NCBI GenBank assembly: GCA_963677485.1
Contig: OY781964.1
Span: forward strand, 1,696,001-1,760,000
Reading direction: 5' to 3'
Source of the DNA: Armatimonadota bacterium
GTDB taxonomy: Bacteria > Armatimonadota > HRBIN16
Length of the DNA: 64,000 bases
Notes under the pieces: model-generated
Seen by the model: only the letters and a program-made list of their open reading frames with translations
Database searches by the model: none
Told to the model about the DNA's origin: nothing
Part shown: positions 1 through 8,332 of the stretch, one piece after another
Numbering within the stretch: the first letter of the stretch is position 1
How the letters are laid out: each line of letters starts with the position of its first letter
Position numbers and translations under genes: made by a program

Positions 1-2886
1 TAGCCAAGAGCACGCTTGTGCCCACTGCCAAGCACCCTCTATATTAGCTAGTCGATTTTCCCAGACCGGCGATTGATCATCTTGATACAGTTGCTTCACG
101 AGTTCCGGACATACAGCATTTAAGTTTTCAAATCGCATCAGTACCGTCTGTTGCGATTTTAGCGTCTGTACCTGATTGAAGGCTGAAGTATAGTCAGTTA
201 TGGATCGTTGTTCAATCGCTTTGGCTAAGACATTGTGAATGGGATGGTGCTCGGTACTGTGTTCTCGTAGTTGGTTTGCTGCATTACTTAAGGATTGGCG
301 TAATAGTTTGAGTTGATGTTGAGCCACAACACAATCACATGAATGAAGTATCGACCGAAGGTTATCATGATCTGCCCATACCGGTTCTACGGTCATTTTG
401 TGTAGGTCTATGATGTCTCGTATCTCGTTCTGGTAATCGTGTAACACTAATATTTTTCTTACTGTGTCACACAAACTCGTAATTTGAGCAACAAGCAATG
501 TGATCTGGCTTGTTTCGAATGAAAACACACCTTCCCAGAAATTCATAGCTCTTTGTAGGCTCATATTTACATCAACTATTGTTATTAAGCGACTTAGGTC
601 TGCTACACTAGTGCATGGCTGTCCATTTAACCTTACGGATTTCGAGATATAGTTGGTATTCCGCCAGTCTGCATTGAACGCTCCTTTAATTACAGATTCA
701 CCACACTCGGAGATGTATTTTTTTCGTTTGTTGGCATCTTCGATAAGCTTAGCCTGTTCACATTCACCGGTAATATCCATCTTTGTGATGTCTGCAAGAG
801 TAACGTGAGGCGCTATGTGTTGTAATAACTCTTCGGTGTTAAGCAAACGCACCTTCCACTCCTGTAATTTCCCCGACAACACATCTTGCACTGCACGTAT
901 AACCCATTCACCCGATTCTGCCGTGACTTGGTTGCTGCACATAACAAATTTTTCAATTATTGATTGGCACGTTTTCAGATCGTCGATTGTCCACGAAGAT
1001 AGTTGCTCAACAAAAGCCTGGTTCGCTACAGGTGCGAGGTTATCAATAGTGCCTATGAGTTCGATCTCTTGTTCAAACTGTGAATATATACTGCCACAAT
1101 CGACTAGATCAACAGGAAGTGACTTTAGTATATCGTCTCTATCTATATTTAGAATAAGTCGATAATCATGCAGTAAACCTATGAGTTGGTTTGCTGTAAA
1201 TGGACACGATGAATCAGGGGACACGTGGTCCACGAACCATCCATAAGTTTTCTGGTGCATGAGAATACTTCGAGCGATATAGGCTGCTGTGCCTTCGTAT
1301 ACACCGGGCACCACTGTATGATTATTGATTTCAGCATTACGGATATCATGAAGGTTTTTTGTCAGCAGTGAGAGTTCGCTCTTATGATCATGCCACTTCG
1401 ATTCTAATGCGGCGATCTTCGTTATCGATTTCCGTGAAGACCACGTATCACTTTTAGTTAGAATTGCACCAACACTACGCTCAAGAGCTTCTCGCTCATC
1501 CATCCCTTCACCTAATAAGCTGATACATAAGGGACGGATCTCAACTGGTAATAGCTCATGAAGCACCAACAGCGCACGTGGAGTCTTGGCTGTTATGAGG
1601 ATTCGCTGACCTGTGGCTAACAGATGACAGATCAAATTGGCGATTGTATGCGATTTACCAGTTCCGGGAGGACCTTGTACAAGAACGCCGTTTGACGTAC
1701 GTAACTTATGTATGATGTGCATCTGTTCATCATTAGCAGGTTTTGGAAAGAAAACAGAACCATCAGTATTCGAATCATCAGTATGATGGCTATCATGTAC
1801 GCTACCTCTAACGATATCTCGGTTATTTGTAACCTCAGCGATACCACCCAATTCACCCAGATCAGTATGTCCTTGCTCAATATTGGCTTTAATGCCCCGC
1901 AAGACCTCAATCAACCCTTTCGAAGATCGTTTTCTTAGTATAAAGGCAGGAGCATATGTGATCACGGGATTCTGTCTCACGTGCTTGTGTTCATCACGGT
2001 ACATATCACTGTAATACCGACCGTTGGCACTAACAGTGTTTACCACAGACTGTAATACTTTTTCGACACACTCAGTAGCCCAAGGGATATCATCAGCGTC
2101 TTTTAGATCACCTGTCGCCTGTGCTTCCGAATAATGCGGACGATAATCAGGTTCAAACAACTCATATTCAGGTCGCAGTCTGCACCCATCAGGGTGTGCC
2201 CTAACTGTGATTTTCGCCAACTCAGCATCCATTTCTATAGATGCATTAGCGACAACGACGTGACGATCTATCTCTTGGTTATTTGGTGTGCGCCATTCAA
2301 ATAGCCCCATTGCTAATACAAACTCATATTCCTCACCTAGTTTGCTGATGTCTTGATGAATAGCGAATAATTTCTGATAAAGATCATTCATCAATACCCA
2401 ATCGTCATGGTGGCCTTTCCAGACTGTCCACTTGTCACTAATATATCGTTGCCATTCATCTGATATATGAGGGTAATCAACTAGGTATTGCTTGTCATGG
2501 TTTGATTCGTGACCATCTGAATCTACAAACAAACCTTCGCTAGGTATATCTCTTTGAATTTCGTCCTTTAAGGTGGGCGGGTCATCAGAATTTACGACAT
2601 TCCACATAATCCATGGAGCGCATTTATTGGGAATTGGTGGTATCTCTGGTTCATCATATTTACGGATTTCAAGCCATATATCAGGGTCATTTGATATTTC
2701 CATGTTTCTGTTTACTAGATCACAGTTCTTCACATTAGGAACATCAGACACCCATAATAATCGTTCATATAGGCGATAGTTTCGAATAGGAATGGAACGT
2801 ATAGATGCCATATCGATCAGATAATCCAACATGCTCAGGACTTTATTGATATCAGTGGTAGCATCATTACTATTAACTTCTATCAT
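1..2886 (-). CDS. Large SF1 (Upf1/DNA2-like, AAA_11) helicase, 3' end outside window (>962 aa)
   Basis: Manual translation from ATG at 2886: MIEVNSNDATTDINKVLSMLDYL...FFPKPANDEQ...VLVQGPPGTGKSHTIANLICHLLATGQRILITAKTPRAL. Walker A is at 1651-1674. The same frame reads ...WENRLANIEGAWQWAQACSWL at position 1. The middle part was not translated codon by codon. Presumably missing from the ORF track because the stop lies outside the window. Confidence 0.88.
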   Translation of the reverse strand, partial: MIEVNSNDATTDINKVLSMLDYLIDMASIRSIPIRNYRLYERLLWVSDVPNVKNCDLVNRNMEISNDPDIWLEIRKYDEPEIPPIPNKCAPWIMWNVVNSDDPPTLKDEIQRDIPSEGLFVDSDGHESNHDKQYLVDYPHISDEWQRYISDKWTVWKGHHDDWVLMNDLYQKLFAIHQDISKLGEEYEFVLAMGLFEWRTPNNQEIDRHVVVANASIEMDAELAKITVRAHPDGCRLRPEYELFEPDYRPHYSEAQATGDLKDADDIPWATECVEKVLQSVVNTVSANGRYYSDMYRDEHKHVRQNPVITYAPAFILRKRSSKGLIEVLRGIKANIEQGHTDLGELGGIAEVTNNRDIVRGSVHDSHHTDDSNTDGSVFFPKPANDEQMHIIHKLRTSNGVLVQGPPGTGKSHTIANLICHLLATGQRILITAKTPRALLVLHELLPVEIRPLCISLLGEGMDEREALERSVGAILTKSDTWSSRKSITKIAALESKWHDHKSELSLLTKNLHDIRNAEINNHTVVPGVYEGTAAYIARSILMHQKTYGWFVDHVSPDSSCPFTANQLIGLLHDYRLILNIDRDDILKSLPVDLVDCGSIYSQFEQEIELIGTIDNLAPVANQAFVEQLSSWTIDDLKTCQSIIEKFVMCSNQVTAESGEWVIRAVQDVLSGKLQEWKVRLLNTEELLQHIAPHVTLADITKMDITGECEQAKLIEDANKRKKYISECGESVIKGAFNADWRNTNYISKSVRLNGQPCTSVADLSRLITIVDVNMSLQRAMNFWEGVFSFETSQITLLVAQITSLCDTVRKILVLHDYQNEIRDIIDLHKMTVEPVWADHDNLRSILHSCDCVVAQHQLKLLRQSLSNAANQLREHSTEHHPIHNVLAKAIEQRSITDYTSAFNQVQTLKSQQTVLMRFENLNAVCPELVKQLYQDDQSPVWENRLANIEGAWQWAQACSWL

Positions 2887-3141
2887 CGAAACTCACCGTC
2901 CTTGGGTAAACAATCACATCGGGATGGTTTGATAATTTCATACTATGATACCATCTACTCGTATCGTAACAGCAACGTTACATAGTGTCAATGCTTACAT
3001 CCCTAAGTGATCAATCAACGATGAAGCATATTTAGCTCTAGCTCTATTTCTGTCTGCTTATTCTTCATGAACTCGTCAGTAGACCAGCCTTCGATATCTG
3101 AGCAGATACCATATGCAGATACGCGTTCAGCCGATCTTCGA

Positions 3142-3408
3142 TCAGTCATAGATATTTCTTCGGTGGCCTACCGCAAGAACCAGCACTACCACCTTATCGT
3201 CTTCTATGCGGCACAAAATCCGGTAGTCACCAACGCGATAGCGCCAGAGTCCCGACAAATCCGCAAGCAAAGGCTTTCCAAAGCGGCGAGGGTCTTCTTC
3301 TGTGCTAATACGCTCACGCAGGTAGCTGATGATGTTCTTTCGGACCTGCGGATCAAGCTTGCGCGCATCACGTATGGCCCGCTCATCCCACTCAACCGTC
3401 CACGCCAA
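3142..3408 (-). CDS. relE: Type II toxin, RelE/ParE family mRNA interferase
   Basis: AWTVEWDERAIRDARKLD...GKPLLADLSGLWRYRVGDYRILCRIEDDKVVVLVLAVGHRRNIY. Likely TTG start at 3408 overlapping the antitoxin end. Confidence 0.92.
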   Translation of the reverse strand: MAWTVEWDERAIRDARKLDPQVRKNIISYLRERISTEEDPRRFGKPLLADLSGLWRYRVGDYRILCRIEDDKVVVLVLAVGHRRNIYD

Positions 3409-3613
3409 GCTCAATTTCCGCTTCATCCATGGTCAGTCTTTTCCCGGGCTTTTCCAGCCGTTCTATTGCGATGTAGGTATCTTCCATATCGTCTATCAGC
3501 CGCAGAATTGCTTCTCTGGCGTAATAGGTCTTCGTCCGTCCTGTGCGTTTGGCTAGAGCTGTAAGTCGGTCGTCAATTTCAGCGGGGAGCCTAATGGCGA
3601 TCATACTTTTCAT
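3392..3613 (-). CDS. Ribbon-helix-helix antitoxin (RelB/TraY-like)
   Basis: MIAIRLPAEIDDRLTALAKRTGRTKTYYAREAI is an RHH signature; acidic C-terminus; GGAGG RBS; directly upstream of the toxin. Confidence 0.9.
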   Translation of the reverse strand: MKSMIAIRLPAEIDDRLTALAKRTGRTKTYYAREAILRLIDDMEDTYIAIERLEKPGKRLTMDEAEIELGVDG

Positions 3614-3630
3614 TTTGGTTGTACCTCCAC

Positions 3631-3652
3631 TATGATATACATGTATATCATA
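3631..3652. promoter_or_regulatory. Perfect 22-bp palindrome, probable TA autorepression operator
   Basis: TATGATATACATGTATATCATA is its own reverse complement and lies just upstream of the antitoxin RBS. Confidence 0.75.
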
Positions 3653-3747
3653 CCTTGAATACTACAAAAGACCATCCTAAAGCTCATTCAATCGTCTTGT
3701 AAAAATGATCCGGATAATCGACTATAGATTCTCGCCGTTCGGCACTC

Positions 3748-3974
3748 ACGGGTTGGGAACTATAGTGAAGTGTAGCTACTCAGCGCAACCCGTGGAAGGC
3801 AACCGGATACCGTCTACCCCGAAGTGGGTCGTCTTCGGTGACTTAATAGAACGGCTATCACGAATAGGTGCGACCCACTTCGGGGTAGGAATGATGCACC
3901 GCTTTCCAGGGGTATCGCTTCGCTCACCCCTGGCTATAAGAACTGCTACCCACTTCGTGGGTGCCCGGAAGCTC
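3748..3974. repeat. Palindromic repeat family B (CCCACTTCGTGGG / CCCGTGGCTATA), composite copy
   Basis: Related motifs at about 35368-35410, 35713-35752, 53600-53701, 53982-54083 and 61462-61502. Confidence 0.75.
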
Positions 3975-4002
3975 TCATGGCGATTCAGATTACTATAGGT
4001 GC

Positions 4003-4029
4003 AAAAAAAGGGGCTGCCGAAGCAGCCCC
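4003..4029 (-). terminator. Rho-independent terminator of the SSS gene
   Basis: Minus strand reads GGGGCTGC-TTCG-GCAGCCCC-TTTTTTT. Confidence 0.9.
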
Positions 4030-4045
4030 CAGGGTCGGTAGCACT

Positions 4046-6037
4046 CTAGGAGACCTCGACGACCTCCTCAAGCAGTTCAGGCTCATCCAAGCCGATGCGC
4101 TTGCGCACGGTGCCATCATCGCTGGCATCGCGGGTGGCGGTATTTAGGTGAAGCAGCAAGGCCTTGATATCAATCACTCCGCCTATGGTGAACCAAATGG
4201 TGATTGGTACCGCCAGAACGAAGCTGATAAACATCGGCACATAGTGTGACCATGCCCACCAGTAGTTGCTGACGCCACCACTCTTAGCCATTGACAGGTT
4301 AATGATGGAAAACACCACGAACCACAGGAAGTTGATCGCATTCCAGAAAACCAGCGCGAGGGCCAGAATGCGGTCACTCTTACTGAACTCTTCAGTAATA
4401 CCTATGACTTTCTGCCATGCAGATATCTTGCTTTCGGCGAATACATCATCTGAAGCGATTGTGTATTTACCACGGTGGAGCAGCTCCTGCAGGTTATAGT
4501 CCTTCTTGCAGGTCATCAGGCTAACCACCACATACAGCAGGGCGGAACTGCACATGCCTATGAAGTAAAGCCACTGGCCGTTGATGGGGAAATGGGCCCA
4601 GACCTTTGGAATCACCAACCCGATGACTCCGATGATCGCCCCCGAAATCAAGCCCGCAAACGCACCTTGTGTCGTGCCCTTTTTCCAATAAAGGCCGCCG
4701 ATAATAACCGCCCCTGAGCCGCCTAACCAGAGTGTTCCGGTGATGGCGAAGAAGAAGTAAATGGCCTCCGTCGGCTTATACAGCAGACTGAACAGGAACG
4801 CAAAAGCGGCTACAAAGAAGATCGAGCGTCGGAGCACCTTTATGTGGTCCTCAGGGCTTATTTCTTTGTTTCGAATCGGCATATACACATCCTGCACGAA
4901 AATGCTGCCCCAGGAGTGCATGTAAGTGTCATGGCAGGTGAAAGAGAAGAACAGGAAGATCATGGCCAACAGGCCTTTCACACCCACGGGTAGAATGGTC
5001 ACCGCGGCCAGCGGAACCCGCATTTCGTTCCTCACGGATTCATTGGTGATGTTCGCCAGGTGCGAGTTGACCCATTGCGCCTTGTCGGAGAACTCAGGCA
5101 GCTTCATGATGGCAATGGCGGCTAAAGCCAGCAGCGTGATACACAGCGCCTGCGGCATTTGACGCCAAAGACCAATGATACCGCCCATCTTGCCCTCATG
5201 CGGTGTTTTGGCGGAACTGAAGAAGCCTTGCCCGCCTTGCCACGCCATGTAGCCGTAGAAGGCACCGATAAGCGCGATCGCTTGATACCAGAAGTTGAAG
5301 TCATCCACTCCAGTCGTGTGGAACGGGTTGAGCATGCTTTTATCTGCAGGCATCAAAGACATCGCATGAACCATCTGCGGCCATGAAACCTGCGCTAGAA
5401 CAGCCACAATCACCACACAGAAGGCGACCAGAGAAACCATACCTTGAACGCACTCAGTGACCATCACGGAGATCTGTCCGCCCATAGTCACAAAGGTGAG
5501 TGCCAGACCAAGGTCAATGATCATGACCGTCGCAAATGAAGAAAATGCCCACGGTAAGTTGAACAGATGGTAGGTTTCGGGAATGCCGCAGTAGTAGATG
5601 AAGAAATGGGCAGCTACCGCTGGGAAGATTCCAAAGTTGATGACCCCTGATGTCCAGCAGAGGGAGCCCGCAAATATACGGAATTTACGGTTATATCGCA
5701 TCTCAAAAAACTGTGCCATTGTTAAAGCACGTGTTTCGCGGAAGCGGTAGAACACCCATCCTGTCAGCAGAATGATCACCGTGACAGGGATCATCATACC
5801 ATTCCAGAAGCCTGGAGCCAGGCCCACTTTGTATGTCATTTCAAAGATGGCAATAAAGGTAATTGCACCGGTGTTGCCCATCTGCGACGCGATGGTCAGC
5901 AGGTAACGCCCGGCCAGACGGTTGGCCGAAAGAAAGTCGGCCACGCCCTTCATGTAGTGCTTCGTGCTTAGGCTTACGGCACGAAGTGCCACCACAGCAA
6001 CGATGAGTATCGTCCAGTCGATCCATGAGAGATTCAT
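4046..6037 (-). CDS. Sodium:solute symporter (SSS family)
   Basis: About 14 hydrophobic segments; DFLSANRLAGRYL, TMAQFFEMRY and GGLYWKKGT motifs. Confidence 0.9.
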   Translation of the reverse strand: MNLSWIDWTILIVAVVALRAVSLSTKHYMKGVADFLSANRLAGRYLLTIASQMGNTGAITFIAIFEMTYKVGLAPGFWNGMMIPVTVIILLTGWVFYRFRETRALTMAQFFEMRYNRKFRIFAGSLCWTSGVINFGIFPAVAAHFFIYYCGIPETYHLFNLPWAFSSFATVMIIDLGLALTFVTMGGQISVMVTECVQGMVSLVAFCVVIVAVLAQVSWPQMVHAMSLMPADKSMLNPFHTTGVDDFNFWYQAIALIGAFYGYMAWQGGQGFFSSAKTPHEGKMGGIIGLWRQMPQALCITLLALAAIAIMKLPEFSDKAQWVNSHLANITNESVRNEMRVPLAAVTILPVGVKGLLAMIFLFFSFTCHDTYMHSWGSIFVQDVYMPIRNKEISPEDHIKVLRRSIFFVAAFAFLFSLLYKPTEAIYFFFAITGTLWLGGSGAVIIGGLYWKKGTTQGAFAGLISGAIIGVIGLVIPKVWAHFPINGQWLYFIGMCSSALLYVVVSLMTCKKDYNLQELLHRGKYTIASDDVFAESKISAWQKVIGITEEFSKSDRILALALVFWNAINFLWFVVFSIINLSMAKSGGVSNYWWAWSHYVPMFISFVLAVPITIWFTIGGVIDIKALLLHLNTATRDASDDGTVRKRIGLDEPELLEEVVEVS

Positions 6038-6107
6038 TTAGAATGCACTCCCTGCGAGTAGATTTACGATATTGAAGACTCATATGCGCGGTTCACGCGT
6101 ATCAAGA

Positions 6108-6142
6108 AACATCCCCTGCTGCATGATACAGCAGGGGATGTT
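6108..6142 (-). terminator. Hairpin/terminator between the CBM9-like and SSS genes
   Basis: AACATCCCCTGCTG-N7-CAGCAGGGGATGTT followed by TCTT on the minus strand. Confidence 0.65.
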
Positions 6143-6146
6143 GACC

Positions 6147-7679
6147 TTACTCGAACTGCCAAAAGCCAAAGCTCTTGGGCTGGTGAAAAGCGATGGAGTT
6201 GCCCGGTAGAGGGCTCCAGGTCAGGTATGCGCTGCCCGTGGGGGTACCGCGCTCGATGCGGTAAAGACCGCCCAGCCAGACATCGCCCGATTTGGGCATC
6301 GCTTTTCGGTCACTGAACACCGCGATGGGTATTTTGGTCTCTACCACCCATCCCTTCAGTGTCTGACCCTGCACGTTCACTTTGCCCCACTTCACCGTGT
6401 GTTCGGATCCCTTGGCATCCCATTCGCGGCTGCCGCGCCATCGGCCATCAGGTGCCCATACGATCTCAAGATCAACCTTGGCGCCTAGCGGGTTCCATTC
6501 GAACTCGTAGTAGTCCATTTCATCACAGCCGGCATCCACGAATATCTCCGCCACGTCCTGCTCCCACAGGTTCATTTCGTCGCGGCTCATCCATGTTTTG
6601 CTACCGCTGTCTTCGCAGTCGATCCGCACATACAGCCACTTGGCGTCGTAGCCCATCCGCACGCCTGTCAGAGGAGAGCCACCACCCTGGTGCTTCCAGT
6701 TGCTCAGAACGGTTTGGGGGAGCTGTGACCAGTCGGGCATCTCATCTTCATTGAGTTTGGCCACGCGGCCCACAAACAGCCGGGGATAGGACGTCCACAC
6801 TTTAGGGATCATGCCCACATGGGTAAATCGCTTCAGCGACGAGGAGAGCATCGCCTTGTCTTTCGCTGCGATGCTGTAGAGCATGTTAGCACCATCGGCG
6901 GACGGCTGCTGAACAGCCGCCACCACGCCGTTTCCGACCATTACGGGTAATTGCATCCGCATCGAGGTTGGCAGGTACTGGACTAGGTTCTTTCTGTCTT
7001 GGTCACTGATCTTACTCTGGTCAAGCAGCGTCAGTACGTCGGTGTTAATCGGGATTCCCGCCGATATGGAGTCAACCGCGGTATAGCTCCAGTCGCGCAT
7101 CTCACTGCTGGCAGCGGGCTGAGCGGCCATCCAGTTAGCCACAAACTGCTCCGACTCGGTGGAGATCACCACCAGAGGCCGTGCTGCCGCGCTATAGAGC
7201 ACGGCACCCTCTTCGCTGGCCGTCAGATTTGCCAAGCCAGCCTTATCGAACCGGCGGAGCAATGACATCAGCAACTGTCGGTTGGGGGCACTGACCACCA
7301 GATCCCATTGGTTGGTGTCCGCTGACTTTATGGTGTAGACGACAAGGTTGTTTTCGGCCACCGCCGATAGATTGGTCTGCTCGGTAAAGCTGGCCTTTTC
7401 CATGTCGAAGATATACAGGTTGCATTGTGGTTTGGTGCCCTTAGCAGTTTGCGCATCCGATAGTCCGCTGACTTCATTGCTAAAACTAACTGGGTTGATT
7501 TTGTAAGTTTTGAAAAAATCCTTGAGGGACTGCCGTGTTTCGGTGGTATGAATACGCACCTCTGTGCCAGACAGTAGATACCCAACATTCGGCGGTGCGG
7601 CGGGAGCGGCAATACATACGGAGGTCACAGCGAGTAGAGATAAAACTGGTTGCAGGTATTTAGTCACGAAACTGTGCAT
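6147..7679 (-). CDS. Secreted protein with C-terminal CBM9-like (DOMON-like) domain
   Basis: Signal peptide; YDAKWLYV...LWEQDVAEIFVD...YYEFEWNPLG...FHQPKSFG. Confidence 0.75.
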   Translation of the reverse strand: MHSFVTKYLQPVLSLLAVTSVCIAAPAAPPNVGYLLSGTEVRIHTTETRQSLKDFFKTYKINPVSFSNEVSGLSDAQTAKGTKPQCNLYIFDMEKASFTEQTNLSAVAENNLVVYTIKSADTNQWDLVVSAPNRQLLMSLLRRFDKAGLANLTASEEGAVLYSAAARPLVVISTESEQFVANWMAAQPAASSEMRDWSYTAVDSISAGIPINTDVLTLLDQSKISDQDRKNLVQYLPTSMRMQLPVMVGNGVVAAVQQPSADGANMLYSIAAKDKAMLSSSLKRFTHVGMIPKVWTSYPRLFVGRVAKLNEDEMPDWSQLPQTVLSNWKHQGGGSPLTGVRMGYDAKWLYVRIDCEDSGSKTWMSRDEMNLWEQDVAEIFVDAGCDEMDYYEFEWNPLGAKVDLEIVWAPDGRWRGSREWDAKGSEHTVKWGKVNVQGQTLKGWVVETKIPIAVFSDRKAMPKSGDVWLGGLYRIERGTPTGSAYLTWSPLPGNSIAFHQPKSFGFWQFE

Positions 7680-8093
7680 GTCGCACCTCTCTTTACCAGC
7701 AGGCCGACATGATGAACCTGTCGGCAGAAATAGACATTATATCGGGATCGGAACCGATACAGCGGATGGGCCTGATACGGATATGTTAGCATCTGTGAGC
7801 CACTGACGCCACCTGCTTACCACAGTATTCACTATTATCGGTCGAGATTCCTTTACGGGTTGTTATATAGCGGTGGGGTGGATGTTGATCCATGTTGTGC
7901 ATATGCCTCAATATAGATGGAGGTTCCGCCGAAGAGAGTAACTCTGAGGGCTTTACCTCCTTTCTTTTTTCTGGACTGGGTTTATCATGGGTGAGTTCCC
8001 TGAGAATGCGGGTCGTATCTCACTATCACCACTCCGCAGGCTGGAGCAGGGGCCTCACCCAACGCCCGCCGGAACGCGGGCCGGTATTGATAA

Positions 8094-8153
8094 GCGACGG
8101 GTGACAGTGCCCGTACCGGGACGAAGTCACGGACGGGCACTGTCACCCGTCGC
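8094..8153. repeat. 21-bp perfect inverted repeat with 18-nt spacer
   Basis: GCGACGGGTGACAGTGCCCGT ... ACGGGCACTGTCACCCGTCGC. Confidence 0.85.
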
Positions 8154-8232
8154 CGCTTGCCGGTGGTTTGGGTCGCAGTCTACCAGTCAAGCAGTTCCTC
8201 AACAGAAAATACCACCTCCCACCCTAACGCTA

Positions 8233-8241
8233 TGCTATAAT
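8233..8241 (+). promoter_or_regulatory. Extended -10 promoter element
   Basis: TGCTATAAT about 90 bp upstream of the RBS-preceded ATG at 8333. Confidence 0.55.
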
Positions 8242-8332
8242 CTGAACTACATAAACCGTGTCAGGCATCATACGCCGAACGCGCATGGGACCGGCTAGAG
8301 ATAAACTCAACACCCTGAGGAGCAAAATCGCT

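Noticed and set aside
815-2779. Small ORFs listed in 815-2779
   Set aside because: They overlap the long minus-strand helicase frame and have no recognisable motifs.
3705-3998. ORFs over repeat clusters (also 35244, 35505, 53539, 53661, 61277)
   Set aside because: They translate palindromic repeat families and lack an RBS or protein motifs.
7950-7970. ACCTCCTTTCT as a 16S rRNA 3' end
   Set aside because: It lacks GGATC and the upstream helix-45 sequence; no rRNA context.
7989-8060. TPP or fluoride riboswitch
   Set aside because: CTGAGA is present but the other conserved TPP elements are absent; the nearby GATGGAGG lacks the fluoride pseudoknot pairing.
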